Of a stretch of DNA of 64,000 nt, positions 11,942 to 25,133 are shown piece by piece. Made by a program: the position numbers and the translations under genes. The first letter of the stretch is position 1; every line of letters starts with the position of its first letter. Source of the DNA: Massalongia carnosa. Taxonomy: Eukaryota. The notes beneath the pieces were generated by a model, which worked only from the letters and a program-made list of their open reading frames with translations, did no database searches and had not been told where the DNA came from. The stretch spans positions 496,001 to 560,000 of the forward strand of contig OZ287084.1 in NCBI GenBank assembly GCA_965645245.1, read 5' to 3'.

Positions 11942-13396
11942 TCAAGCACGATTCCTGTTCGCAGAATCGCCATAGATTTTGGTCTTACTCAATCTCAACA
12001 TCTTACCTCTTGTCGAGCTGAGACCAATATGCGAGACGCCGGCTTGAGTATCTATCGCGTAGTATTGAATTCCAACCGGTACTTTCCTCAACTCCTGGGC
12101 CATTTCTGCGTGCGAATAAGCGCATAGATCTTGTCCTATGTCTTCGCTGATCGCCTCTGCTAGATTGACGACTGCTCGTAGAGAGCCCCGGACCCTACGA
12201 TTTCTGCGACAAAGGTTGCTGTTGATGTTCGCATCAAGCCAGACGATAAGCATGCCCAAATTCCACACGATTTGTAGCGAGAATGCAATGCATAAGAGAA
12301 GACTCGAGAAACCCCACACAAAATATGATTCGGGGAGGCATTGCAATGCTAAAGCAAGGTTTAGCTTTATCGGCTCATTCCGATAGCAAAGTCCGGGGCC
12401 ACTGAGATACGGATCATTTTTGGAGATATTTTTCCGCTCCAACTCTCCATGAATATCTAACTGGACTCGACATTTTTCGCAATACTAGAATCTAGAAGAA
12501 ACTCAACAGTCAACATCGCGAAATATGCAAGAGGTCATGGAGGACATACAGAATTTGAGTACGTCAAGGAATTCTGTATAAGAACTCCGTAGTGTATTTT
12601 CAAGGGCCGGATTCATGTTGGTAACGTTCGTAATCGGCATAACATGGACAGGTGGCCCAGTATACAATATTGTGCTGTTGCCGCTGAAAAAAACCTACCA
12701 GATTCGTGAGATAACAGTAAGTCAACTCATCCGAGTCCACCGTGACGAACTCTGGTCAGGCATACGATATCCTGATGAAGACGGATTGATATAGCCTGTA
12801 GCTGCAGACATCAAGGTCGGAAAACCTAGAACGTAAGCCGTGGCAAAGCAAAACCAAGCTAGAAATTCCCGGCCTCTCCAGCGGTGCTCTCTAATCGCCA
12901 CCAAAGATTGCCACACTGATCTTATTGAGGCGACTTCGAACACCATGGAAATGTACACATCGTAGGACACGGCAGAGGCTTCCATCAACCGTGCGAGTCC
13001 ATCCATAAAAACTTTGAATGCTATCCAAGCCAAGAGTAGTCGTCCCCCTTGGCCAATGATGAGGTCCCAAACAGTATCTATCCCTTTCGCCCCTGCAAAG
13101 GACAATCTAAGAGACGAACGGAGGTTAATCGTGAATGCTTCTTCGATTAGGCTCCCAGTGTATTGGATAAGATCGCAAGAAGCGGCCTGCGTAGAGCTGT
13201 CAAGAAACGGGATATGTGTATCTGGTATGAGATAATGTAAATAATAAAGGAGTAAACACGGCCCGACAATCGCAAAGCCTCCAAACAATGTGGAGAGAAC
13301 CACGAAACGGGGTAAATCATAGACGGGCAGTTTCTTAGCTGGTAGTTTCACTCTCATTTCTGCTACTTGGCTTTGGAAGAATCGGAGTCGAGACAT
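11942..13396 (-). pseudogene. Uncharacterised multi-pass membrane protein, apparently frameshifted
   Basis: Two collinear hydrophobic ORFs (13396-12722 and 12442-11942). The protein-like continuation FVTVDSDELTYCYLTNLVG...SGNSTILYTGPP needs single-base shifts near 12750 and in the A7 run at about 12687-12693; a gtatgt intron donor follows at about 12549. Could also be assembly indels. Confidence 0.55.
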
Positions 13397-16300
13397 CCAA
13401 CTTTACCTAACGCTTCCCTACATTTGAGTGAAGTCGTACCGAACAAGGAAGATTCAATAACAGACATTCAAGCAAAGGAAAAAAACAGAGATACTAGATA
13501 GATGAAATAAGGAATTGCATTTATTTCGACCCTTAATCAGTCTAATTTGCCTTATCACCGTCAATATGAACAAATCTTGCCGCAGTCAAATATTCGAGGC
13601 AAAGTCGATTAAGCCAGCGAATCGGGCAAAGGACGCAATAAAATCCATCCCTGAAGGTAAAGAATACCGCTTCATTATTCTATACTCTGTAGGAGCATCA
13701 TATTAAATCGCTGTACGAGTACCTACACAAGCACTGGGTACGGCCTTGTTCATCTCAGATATTGCCGCTCAGGATCAAGCCAGCATCAAAGTATTACGTT
13801 GTAGGTACCTAACTATGCCTCATACTATCCCTATAATGTGGCAACCAAGATCCTAATCTTATGGGTAAACTGGTCGTCTAGAGGTCATTTGCGACAGGAT
13901 TTTCTGAGCGAACAGTCTTGGTTGCCAGCTTTATAAGGTCTCTACTCCCACGCAACTAGCTGGACCACGTACTTTCTGAGTTCTTCCTAAGATTGATCGG
14001 ACACTACCCCTACCGGCGCCTTGGTGAATTCTGCAGCTTTCACTTCCGGATACGAGTAGATAATGGGTGAGGAAATCCTCAATACGTAGCGTAAATCAGT
14101 CGATCTACAGGCACGGTACATATGGCGTAAATCCCTCATGGAATTTCTGTTCCGTTGCCTACTTAAGCCCATCAAAACCAGCAAACCACTTCCATGATGA
14201 TCAGATTTCCCCGAATCTCAAAGGAACGCTTGTAACCTAACCTAGGCACATACATTTTTCGTGGCGAATGTGAAACGTGTTCCAAACTTTGAGGGTTCTG
14301 GAGAGAAAGGTACTTTGAGTCTCGACTTTGACTTTCACCTTTTTATAGACGGAGAGGCGTAGTGAACGCTTCCTGGTGTCTTTATATCTCGGAAACATGA
14401 TATGATAGGTGGAGTAGGTTTCCTTAATTCTTGCCTTTTTCCTTCTACTTCCTAGCCATTGTCGTCGGAGTCAAGCTTGCTTTGTTCACCTCCTTTGATG
14501 GAGTAAAAATGCAATGAGATTTCCTTCATGTTCGTTGTCTTCATGCACATTTTCCATCCTCTCTTAATTATTTTTACACATTTTCAACTACAGTACCACA
14601 GTACCTATTGAAAATCTCTGCCCGGCAGCATCGACGACTGCAACCTATGGACGACTGCAACCTATGGCTTAAATAATGCCAATGCGCCCTCCCTAGCCTT
14701 GGGCCCATGCCTAATATCTCACCTCCGAAGCTCCCGCCCTAGTAATTCCTAGCATCAAAGCCCGTCCCGGACACATCTAACATCATCATCAAACCCCTTG
14801 TCCCATCCTCCGCTGAAAATGCGATGAATCTTCCTTTGGGAGAGGAGCTCGCGCTTACAGAAGCCGATACACAGAAGGAGAAAAAGAAGCACCAGGAGCC
14901 ACCGCATTCCGGCAACACGACATGGGGCTACTGCGATGAAACCTGCCACATCTGCCGGCGCTACGGATCCGAAGGCATCGTCTGGATAGTGTACTGCCAT
15001 GACGCGGACCTGTGATCGAGAGCGCGTCGTTACTAGCTGTATCCGCTTGTCATGGAGAATCTAAGCCAGCGTGTCCCGTATAATTCAATATATGACGCGC
15101 ATGACACGACACGCATGATGATGGAGGTATGGACCAGATGGGCCTGGGTTCATTCTAACATAATCCATCTAGAACATTCAATTCGGCAATAGCTTTTTCG
15201 CCATCGTTCTTTTCCTCGGATCAAATTCATAAACTTCGGGAGAAACTCTTTACCTTCCTGCGTGAGCTTTTTATAATGAGGTAATGACAGGGCTTAATCT
15301 AACCGTGCGGAATAGGCATGTTGACATGAGCAAGACTAGCCAAATACTATTTCTCCGCCAGCTCGGTGTATGATTAAACACTCAGATCATTACATCATAT
15401 TGTTAACAAAAAACTCCTTCGGTGTAGTGGCACAAAAGTCCGGATATGTCATCTCCAGCTAGCGGACACCAAAAGTGTGGCAAAACAGTCTACTCTTTAT
15501 GGATCTTTCAAAATTACCTTCGATATCCAGGAATCAAAGCTACCAAAGCAAGCAAGGTGCATGGATTCCGCTTGTCTGTATCTCGAAGGAGAAGGACGAA
15601 ATTATGAACTGGATAGTCATGAAGGGGTTGAGGAGGTTTTTATATCCTTTACTTCTGCAGTGTACATAACTGCGCCACTTCTGAAATCTGGTCAGTGAGA
15701 GAACATGAAAATCAAACTCAAATCGTTATCCTGTTTATACGAGAATGATATAGACATGAGCGTTATAGGAATGCGGAAGAAACTACAAGGGTTTCCGTTA
15801 ATAAACGATAAGATGAGATGAGAAACGAGAGCTTGTGCCAAAAGACGGAGTATGCTTGATAAGTATTACTGCAGGCCGCCTAGCCAGCACGAGAGAAAGT
15901 CTCATTTAATATCTAGCCTGAGAGTCCAATGGAATATTTTCCGAATTCAAGGGATTAGTAATTTTGCTTTGAAAAACCAATGACGAAGGCCTCGATCCCA
16001 GGACCTTGAAGTGGTTGTTAGGATAAGTAGTTACGGAATGTCAACAGAGAATTCAGACGTCTCCTTACCATCTACATTGCTACCTCCAAAAACCAGTGTC
16101 CCGTGCTAGAATTGTAATGTATGAAGTAGAAATTTGGGTTAAGGAGTCTAGTCATGAACCTTGTAAGCTGCCTCGCTTCACGCTTGGCTGCGTAGTTAAG
16201 TTAATGTTTTCTAGAACCCTAAGATCCTAAAGGGGAAAGTTATGCCCACCAGACTAGTTTCCCTCATTCGAACAAACCTCGAATACCTTGCCATATGCTC

Positions 16301-16894
16301 ATGTTCAAATGTTGTTCAACAGGATCCCCAAGAGGCTTAATTCTTTGTCAAGAAACCGGATGTAAGATCAAATTAAAAAGAGTGTCGATGTCGAACGAAC
16401 CTCATGTCACATCATGCTGTTGCTCCGAAATCCCGTTGTCCCAAAGCAACAGCCTGGCTTCTAGCCGCCGTTATTGCATCGCCAACCACAACGGAGAACA
16501 AGATTGATTTGCTGTTTCAATCCCGCCTTCGGGTATCTTGCTCAGGGAACTGACGTTTCACTATCATAATTGAGCGTACCATTCATCTCATCTCATGGGA
16601 TAAGCCGATGCCAAGAAGGTACAACGAGGGGATTCTGTGCCCGACGCCTTCCAAGCACGTCTTGGCTGGGCCTCGAACGAGGATACCGCCGCTTCAGCTT
16701 TCGTTTCAGGAGAGAATTTCGCATTTTCCTTTGGTGTCTATATTCTCTCTGCCTCTGCCCTAATTTGATATGCTTAATCCCATCACATTCTTTTTATATA
16801 TATCCACAGAGAAAGTTCGTTTCTACCCACCACCACAAAGTTATCTTTAGGCGAACCATAATTCGGCTCAGGTTCCCAACCTGAAAGAGCAATC

Positions 16895-17610
16895 ATGAAG
16901 TTCCTATCAGCTTTCGTCGTGCTCTCTTATGGAAGCCTCGCAGTAGCCTTTAATGATCCAAAGCCTGGGGATCTCGCTCCGATTATTTACGCTTCTGCCA
17001 CGTAGGTATTCCCTTTGGTCTTGCCCAAAGGGAAAACACCATCGTCATCTAACCATTCTCAATACGTAGCAAATGGTTGTCATGCGTCAAAACCCTCAGC
17101 CCCCCAGCCTATCAGCAATGCTCCCCTGCCGACGATCGATGCTACTGTTCGTTCGCCAGCGTTGAATACAAGTAAGTCTCATACCCCCCCTCCCCGTTCT
17201 ATATCCCTTCAGCGAGAAAGACATCCCTAACTCACCCCTTCTCCACCTCCAGATGTGCCACCGACCACTGCGGCCCCGCATCCGAATAGGACGACAGCAC
17301 CTTCACCAATGCCTGCACCGCCGCAGCAACCATGTCCGACCCCGTCGCCACCTCCCACGCGGCGCCCAAAAAAGCCAGCGCGACCGCCACCTTAGCCGCC
17401 TCAACCACTGCCCCGGATACCACGGAAGTTCCTGGCGGGTTCGATAAGAGCGTCACGAACAAGCCTGTAGCAACAGCCGCTCAGGGCTCCAGCATCACGG
17501 CATCGGCCTCATCGAAGCCGAATGCAGGTAGGTAAACTGCTGGATTGCCGCTGGGAGGGCTTGTGGCCGTGGGAGTTGCGCTAGTAGGTACGTTCCTGAT
17601 GATTTTATGA
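16895..17610 (+). pseudogene. CFEM-like, Ser/Thr/Ala-rich GPI-anchored cell-surface protein with two in-frame stops
   Basis: Signal peptide MKFLSAFVVLSYGSLAVA; two canonical introns; Cys pattern C-x11-C-x6-CYC-x8-C-x4-C-x14-C; S/T/A-rich stalk; hydrophobic tail GLPLGGLVAVGVALVGTFLMIL. In-frame TAG at 17287-17289 and TAA at 17533-17535. Confidence 0.7.
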
Positions 17611-18253
17611 TGAAATTTTGCCTTGGGGTTTTCAGTCGAAGACGAAAAAGATATCATTACTACGGGCTTTCTGCTTGTAAATACCTATGTAAAATAGTAC
17701 GAGTACGACGTGATATTTCGAAATGCAATACCCTGATGCAATTGTACGGGTATGCCGTATGGTCACCGTAGGGGTCCAGGCTTTTTCAAAATAGTAGGAA
17801 TTTAGAAACATCAAAACATCGCCATAAGTTTATCTTCAATCAAATGAAAAGACCGTATCAAGTAATTAGTGCAGAAGGTGATAATACTCATGTTTTATCA
17901 TTCAAACAATGTAATAATTATACACCTCGTCGTCATGAATAAGATCAACTCGCATCTTTTTAAGACTACGGTGGCTATTCCGAATATAATAACTGTATCA
18001 TACACCAAGCTTACCATAAATACATACATTCAGATTCGTTTCCTGATTCGAGCAATCTATACACACTTCGTATTTTATTACATTCATACATACCCACAAA
18101 ACACCCACACACAAAACACAAACATACAGCGCAAACCCTCTCGTCACATATCCAAGTATCCAAACCAACCCCCCCCGAAACAAGAAAATCCAGATACTTA
18201 AACTAGATAAGAGCATTAGTCTGATGCCTACCTACCTCCCTAACGGTATCATC

Positions 18254-18470
18254 TAGGTAGGTAGGTAGGTAGGTAGGTAGGTAGGTAGGTATATGAAATC
18301 GAACCAAACCATACCATACCATACCATGTCAAATAGAATCTAGTCGAAGCAGAGAAGAGCAGAGCAGAGCAGAGCAGAGCAGAGCAGAGCAGAGCAGAGC
18401 AGAGCAGGGCAGGGCAGGGCAGGGCAGGGCAGGGCAGGGCAGGGCAGAGCAGGGCAGAGCAGAGCAGAAC
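18254..18470. repeat. Compound microsatellite (TAGG)n, (CCATA)n, (AGAGC/AGGGC)n
   Basis: About 9 TAGG units at 18254-18291, 3-4 CCATA units at about 18309-18327, and more than 20 pentamers at about 18356-18468. Confidence 0.95.
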
Positions 18471-19856
18471 AAAGCATGGTTAAATCCTTCACTACTTCCC
18501 CAATCTCCCTATCTCTCTATCAACCAACCAACCTCCCCCAACATCCCAAATCCCGAGCCGGAAAAGAACGACCCTCTTACACCCCCAAATACATACACAT
18601 AAACACGGCTAGTTATATTTACACATGTAGTCTGTAGCTTATGTTGCTGTTGTCCATCTCCCTCCCTCTTCTCCTCCTCTGCCGGCCCCCCTCCCTCTAA
18701 TCATCAACAGACCACTTCGTAGCTCTCCCCCCATCCTTGCCCCATGGGAAGCAAGCGGCATTCGCTCACTCAATTGCTTGCCTTCCCCCTTTGCCCCTTT
18801 TTTATAAAAATAGACGAGAAAAAGAAAGAAAAAAGAAAGTAGAAGGAGACGAGAGAAAGAAGGAAAAATCCCCCCAGAGCAAGAAGGATGCGCGAGAGAA
18901 CAGAAAGGAGGGGTCTATCTGTGGATATCATGAGAAGAGGACAACGCTATGCAACGCAAGCAACAAAATGCAAAGCAAAGACTCGAATGAACGAATGGGC
19001 AGCGAAAAATCCTTTCCAGATTCTAAGGGGGTTGTTTCCCGCAAAGCAAGCAAAGCAAGACAACAAAAAGAGGCCCTCCCATATTTGGCCTCCCCCCCCT
19101 TCTCCATCTCCCTTCCTCAGGTAACTAGCTACAAGCCAAATCCTCCACGCAGAAAGCCATCCCTTCCCGCCCTCCCTTTGGGCCGCGGGGCCCTATCCGT
19201 CGCACAGTGAAAGTCAAATAGCGAAAAAGCTAGTCCTCCACCCTCCACCCCCCCCTTTCAAGCATAGTCCATGGTCATAAATGAGCAACTAAAAATGCCA
19301 TAAAGCAGGCGGAGATAAGGCCATTGGACTTTTTGAAATAATTATGTGATAATCCGCTCTTTTTTGGGCGCGGTGAGTAAAGTAAGATTTAGATCCTTCC
19401 TGGCACCTTGAAGTATTACTCACTGCCTAGAAAATGGGTTCTAGGGAGAATGTGAGGGAAGGTCCACGGCAAGCACTTCAGAATTTAATGGTATTGGTGG
19501 AGAAAATGTGGCGAGATAAGATGTGGGTTTCTTTCCAGCATCGGCGATATATATGAAAGGTTAAAATCCTCATTGCAGGCAGAGGGCCAAGATCGGATCC
19601 ACCGGTCATGCATAAAGAACAGCCCCGGGGTAAAGGACGGGTCGAATCGTAGGGCTATTCGGGTCATGATTATCGTTACCAAAAGATTGCAAGACCTGCA
19701 AAAGCTCCGTCCAGGGTACTGTCCATCCAGGCTTTGCTAGCCAACGGAACTCATAACCCCTTTATCCATAAAAACACCTCGCATGTAATGAAAAGACTCT
19801 TGGCTCCAATATGGCTGAGCGCCTTCTCTTGCCGCTTGACGTGACTTGCAAGCCAC

Positions 19857-22800
19857 TTAGACATCAATCATCTCTGCATCGTGTGCAAGGATCTCATCCG
19901 CGGGGCCCCAGTTTCCTTCGTAAATGGTGGCACCAGCTCGTCTCCTGACCTCAGCCCATTGAACGCCGGTAGCCTTAAGGATCTGATCCACCGTAGGTCG
20001 ATCGGCAGACTCAGGTGAGATCATCCAGCGCACAATGTGATCCAAGGCCTCTTGATGGTTTGCGTCGACCATGAAGCTTGGAGGCTGAGCAAGCTCTCCG
20101 CTGCGAAGCAGCTCGGCTTTGCTTAGCTCACGCTGCTTCCGCTGTTCACGTCTGCCGCGAAGGATGTTTGGAGACCCAAACTCGTCGCTACCGGAGTCTG
20201 ATCCATAAAAATTTTCAACTGACATTTGCTGCGACAAGGGCTTTCCAGAAGAGTCTCGGAAGATGGTACTGGTCTCAGAGCTCCACGTTAAGCTCGGAAC
20301 ATCACTCATGTCCCCAGATCTAAGACGTTGCCAAGACACCCCGTTATCAGGAAGCATGACGTTTCCGGCAATTTCGAGCATGATCAAACCAAGGGCAAAA
20401 ATGTCGCTAGGCTTATCGTATTGGCCCTTGAGAATTTCCGGCCCAATGTACTCGCGATCGCCCTCTCCCTCGATACCTGGTTGAGCAGGCCACTGTGTTG
20501 CCATGCCAAAATCGCCAATCTTCAAAACGCCCTCGAATGTAATAAGCACATTGGCAGGCTTAAGATCCAAGTGAATGAAACCGGAATCATGGATATGCTT
20601 CAGGCCCTGATAATTTGATCAGTACAATACCAAATAAAAGAACGCACTTCTCCAACGTACCAAAGATAGCTCCAACATTATCTTCCATATCCTGAAGTCG
20701 TCTAGTCGAGCTTTCCGCCCTACCTGATCCAGAAACAAGTCTAGGCTGCCTTCTTCGCAAAACTCGGTTTGAATATAAAGATGGTTGTTCGCCTCCCAGC
20801 TATCGAAAAAATGCACCGTATGGTCGGATTGTCCGAGCGTCTTCAAGGCCTTCACTTCTTCAAGCTTACGTATTCGATCTTTCGGCCCAATGTATTGATG
20901 ACGAGACTTCTTCACCGCCCAAACTCGATCAGGCACTGGTGTCTTCGGGGAGCCGTGGTTTGAGGAAAGGGAGAAGTAACCTGGCGTGGCACTTGATTCT
21001 TGGGCTTTGGTAACGCGGTATACGTGAGAGAACTCCCCTGTACCAATTAATTCTACTTTGTCGAATTTGAATTTCAAACTTAGATCGACCTCGGCGGCAG
21101 TAAGGTTGTGAGATGAGTTAAAACTTGAGCGCCCGTTCCCAAATGAAGCAAAAGAGTCACGCGGAGCGGTAGGTGTCGCAGGAGGGAATACTGAAGCGCT
21201 ACCAGTGGTATCGTTTACTGATTTGAAGAATTGGCCGTCTGCGTGAGCCGATATGGAAAGTCCGCTAGGATCCGGGGGGATCATGCTCTCTCGAGGAGTG
21301 TGTGGTGAGACCTGCTCGAGTCGTTCCGAGATAGGGCTGGCTGGAGAGAGAAGATCTAATTTAGTTTCTAATCTTATTGAATTAAAAGATGGGGAAGTCA
21401 AAGAAGAGTTAAGAAGTGGAGATGGTGGTTTGAAGTTTCGTAAGGAACGAGAACGAGTGAACGAAGAAGGAACCGAGGAATAGCTCCTGTGTTTCAGGGC
21501 AACTGAAGAAGATTCGTCCATCATATTGCCGCTGTCTCCATCCACACATCCTACAGGGCTTTCAACTAAATTTGGAGGAAACTTACAAATCTGATCCACT
21601 CCAGAGGACTGGGTTCTAGCAACAGTGACAGCACCAAAAATGGACTTTTTAGCGTCATGCTGATTCATTCGTCCCGCTGAATTTTTCAGCTGCACATGAA
21701 GCGCCTGCTTTGTCGGAGTCGGTGGGAGGTCAAAGTCGTGACTCCCTTGGCTATCGATTCTGTTGATCAGAGACGGCGTGTGGTCGTCTCCATCAATGCT
21801 ACGAAAGCTGGCACGTCGGTTTATGCTGGAACCAGTGAAGTTGCTGCCGAAGATATTTACACCTTTCCCAAAGGTCCCTGGTGCTGGGCGTGCGAGGTGG
21901 GGACTAAATGGTGTCGAAGGAGTCCCAAAAGAATGTCGGACCTGTCGAGTCTTCCCAATCGCATTATCGGGCACAATTTCCGGTGACGATAATCCGGCAA
22001 GACTATGGCGCTTGCATGGGGTATCTGGCATCAAAGATCTGCCACCTTGAAATCCAGTTTGCGATTCATCAATGTCCTTGTGTCGCTTAGAGATAAGGCC
22101 GGTTGACATGAACGCTGCAGGTAATGGCTTGGCAAGTTTATAGTTCTCGGGGGTGGAGAACGAGCCTTCGGCAGACAAGCCGTGGCTCGACAGGTTTAAT
22201 ATCATGGTTTCCCGAGAGCCCGGCCGTGCAGCACCTACCGGCAGCGACTTTGAAAAGTCTACAAAAGCCCTTCGGTGCTCCGGCTGACGATGTGGAATGT
22301 GAGTTGGGGAGTCTTCAGCCATGCTAGAGTTTGAAGAAGATTGAGTAATGGTTCGAGAAAGAGGGTGCCGCGAAGCCATCAAATTGGACGCCTTGGTGTT
22401 CTGTTGGGAAACTGGATGTGTAGATGCGTTCGGAAGACTAGCCTGCGAAGAAAACGGGCTATCCCGAGCCATAGAGGATGGTAAAAACCCATCCAGAGAC
22501 GTCCGCACCTTTCCTTTGGACTGACCTTGACCTAGCGTAGAGGAGTCGTGCGTTAGGTCAGCGGCAAACCTTGACCTTGCAAAGATAGGTTTATCGTGTC
22601 GTTGTTGCAAGGTCGTTCTCCGCAACGAGGAGGTGCGCCTGGGCAATGGCGAAATGACACTAGAGTTGTCGGGATAAGACGGAAACGCTGAGTTTGGCCC
22701 ATCGCTGGGGCTGTTTGAACTGAACCGAACTTGCACTATAGTCTCAGGATCGAAGATATCAAAATCTGGACCGAACGCAGCTGCATGAAGGCTTCTTCTC

Positions 22801-23489
22801 TTGGCGGATGGACTTTCAAGATTTGCCTGATCAAAATTCATGATCCCATCACTTCTCTTTAGCGGGCTAGATTTGGCAGCAAAAGGCCCAATATTTTCCT
22901 TATTCCTCTCAAACTTTGCAAGGGCACTATGTGGCAGAAGATTACCTTCAGAAAAGCCGGTCGTACCCGTTTTGAATATGCTCTCCGCAGGAACTTCTTC
23001 AACTGGGCTGGTGCTCTGAATCACCTTGTTTTCGGCATCGTCATTAGATCCCGCTGATGATCGAGACGTAGCATTCCCATGGTCGCTCAAATCACTTAAC
23101 GTTGACATTCGAGGACTTCGCTGTGAGCTTCTGGAACGAGAAGCAATGCGCATAGGGCTTGGCTTCCGGGTACCCGACCAGTTCTTCCTTGCACTAGGAG
23201 GATATGGAATCGCCAATGGTGACTGACCTAAATTGGCGCTGGACACGATGCTTGCTGAAGCTGCTCGGCTTGGCGATGGTAGACCCGATGGCGATAAAGG
23301 AGAGCTAGGGGAAGGAGAAGCGGATTTGGATGTCACCAAACGAAACGCTGGACCTTTCGAGGGAGATCTCGACAGAGACCGCCGCAACTGTCTAAAAGCT
23401 GAAGCCGTATCGACATGACGCATGTGAGTAGGCGACGGAAAATGCAAAGTTCCCCCAGCGTCACCGTGCGGAGAAAATGTCGCGACCAT
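19857..23489 (-). CDS. wee1: Wee1/Swe1 mitosis-inhibitor protein kinase
   Basis: Long SP/TP-rich N-terminus with KPLPAAFMSTGLISKR and MPDTPCK. Kinase motifs IGTGEFS, WAVKK, HLDLKPANVLI, LKIGDFGMA and EGDREY. Intron at about 20660-20608. Confidence 0.93.
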
Positions 23490-24478
23490 GAGGCCGTGAG
23501 TAGGATCACCTCTTGGCAAAACAAGGCAGATTGAAGCAGAAGCTGAGGTCTAGCCTGCCTGATAATGTAGTAAGAATGAAGGGTTTCAACGGAGGCGAAA
23601 GGCTGGCGACTTGTTTGTTTATTTCAAGCGGTTGAGAATTCCGTCGTCATCTGCAAAGGACCATCAAATGTGTGAATGATGACGCAGCGATGATTGCTTT
23701 GTAGACAAATAAACCCGAGAGCTGCGCGCTGAACGTAGTCGGAAGCTTGCTGGAATGTTAGATAAAGAATGTGCGATGTTTGAGGTTGTCCCAAATCCTC
23801 CCAAGGTATATTACTCCATCCACCCCTTGAACCTCTCCTCACCAACTTAGCAGCGCTTCTTTTGGCGACCCCACTCTTCTTTTGTTTGGCGAACGAGGAT
23901 GACTCCGAAGACTGCTGGATGATGGAGGGACGTGGGGATATGCCGAGATTGGTGCGGTCCGAGCTATTGAGATGTCGTGATCTGTGTGCAAACTTGTCGT
24001 GTAGAAACAGCAAATGCGATAGTATGCTGAGATAATGCAAGAGGCAGAGAGGATTTGAGGTGGATTTAGTGGGTTAGGCAAGGTAGGTGGTCTGTACTTT
24101 GTAGGTTTAAGGTGAAGATTTCTAGAGATGCGAGAAAGTGACTGAGTCGTGTGGTTCGCTCCACGCGTTCCCGAGCAATAAGGTAAACAAACGGACGCTA
24201 AACCCTGTTCAGGGACTCTACCCTAACCTCGGCTAAACCCTTAACCCCAAGCGCACTCCCGATCAGGTTCAGCCCGAATCGCCTCCTCAAGACAATGACG
24301 AATTCCTCTTCACGGGATTCCTTTAGGCATCACATTTGGGCTCTGGGCATCGATGTTGATGATCCTCATTCTCCATTAAATTCCATGGTTTCAGAGTTAG
24401 AGTACTCTAACAAGTATCGTACTCTGAACAGAGAACAGAACACACAGTACCTTGTACTCTGTGTTATCTACTGTGTAG

Positions 24479-25133
24479 GCACGCGCATGACAAAAAAAAC
24501 GCCACACCAAAATCTTGCCCCACCAAAATCAACAATTTCGACTGTTACTACTACGGCGTTTATTGAACTTCAAATGCTTCATTTAATAACCTGTCATTTT
24601 GCCTTCACCTGCTATTACTGCTCGAAGACGTTCAGGCATTATAGCTACTTTTTCGTTGGTAAATTCCTGCGAAATATGACTTCATCCTTCATAAGTCAAC
24701 TCCTTGATGATAACATCGTCTCAATGTGAATATTTACGAAGATGATGTTTGAGTGATTGCCAGCAGTTTTCAATAAGAGACAAGTTCGAAGACGAAGGAC
24801 AATTGAAGTAATGATTCAGGTCATTCTTCCGACGACCTCGAGTCTCTTCTTGAGCAGGATTATTGTGTAGTCTTCTCGAAGAATTCTCCCGCAAATAATG
24901 ATAATCACGTTCTCGTCCGACGTCGAACACTCGAAAAACTTTCTTCTTGTAGTACGAAATTTCCTTTTTTTCACAGAAATCGACGACTCCTTGCACTTTC
25001 GCTTTGGTGAAAGTATCATAATGTTTTTGAAACTCATGCGACGAAGAATGAGAAAGGCTGAGTTGATTCATGATGAATTGTTGATTTTGGTGGGGCAAGA
25101 TTTTGGTGTGGCGTTTTTTTGTCATGCGCGTGC
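24479..25133 (-). mobile_element. Internally deleted Tc1/mariner DNA transposon (non-autonomous)
   Basis: About 58-bp inverted repeats at 24479-24537 and 25076-25133, with TA adjacent. The minus-strand remnant joins an N-terminal piece directly to SSNLSLIENCW (degenerate SPDLxPIENxW) and the Tc1 C-terminus MPERLRAVIAGEGKMTGY. TGA stops occur at Trp-like positions. Confidence 0.85.

Noticed and set aside
14634..15015. 17-bp direct duplication and small Cys-containing ORF 14824-15015
   Set aside because: No signal peptide, recognisable family or splice support.
24198..24250. Telomere-like CCCTAA/TAAACCC motifs
   Set aside because: Scattered and degenerate; not a tandem array.
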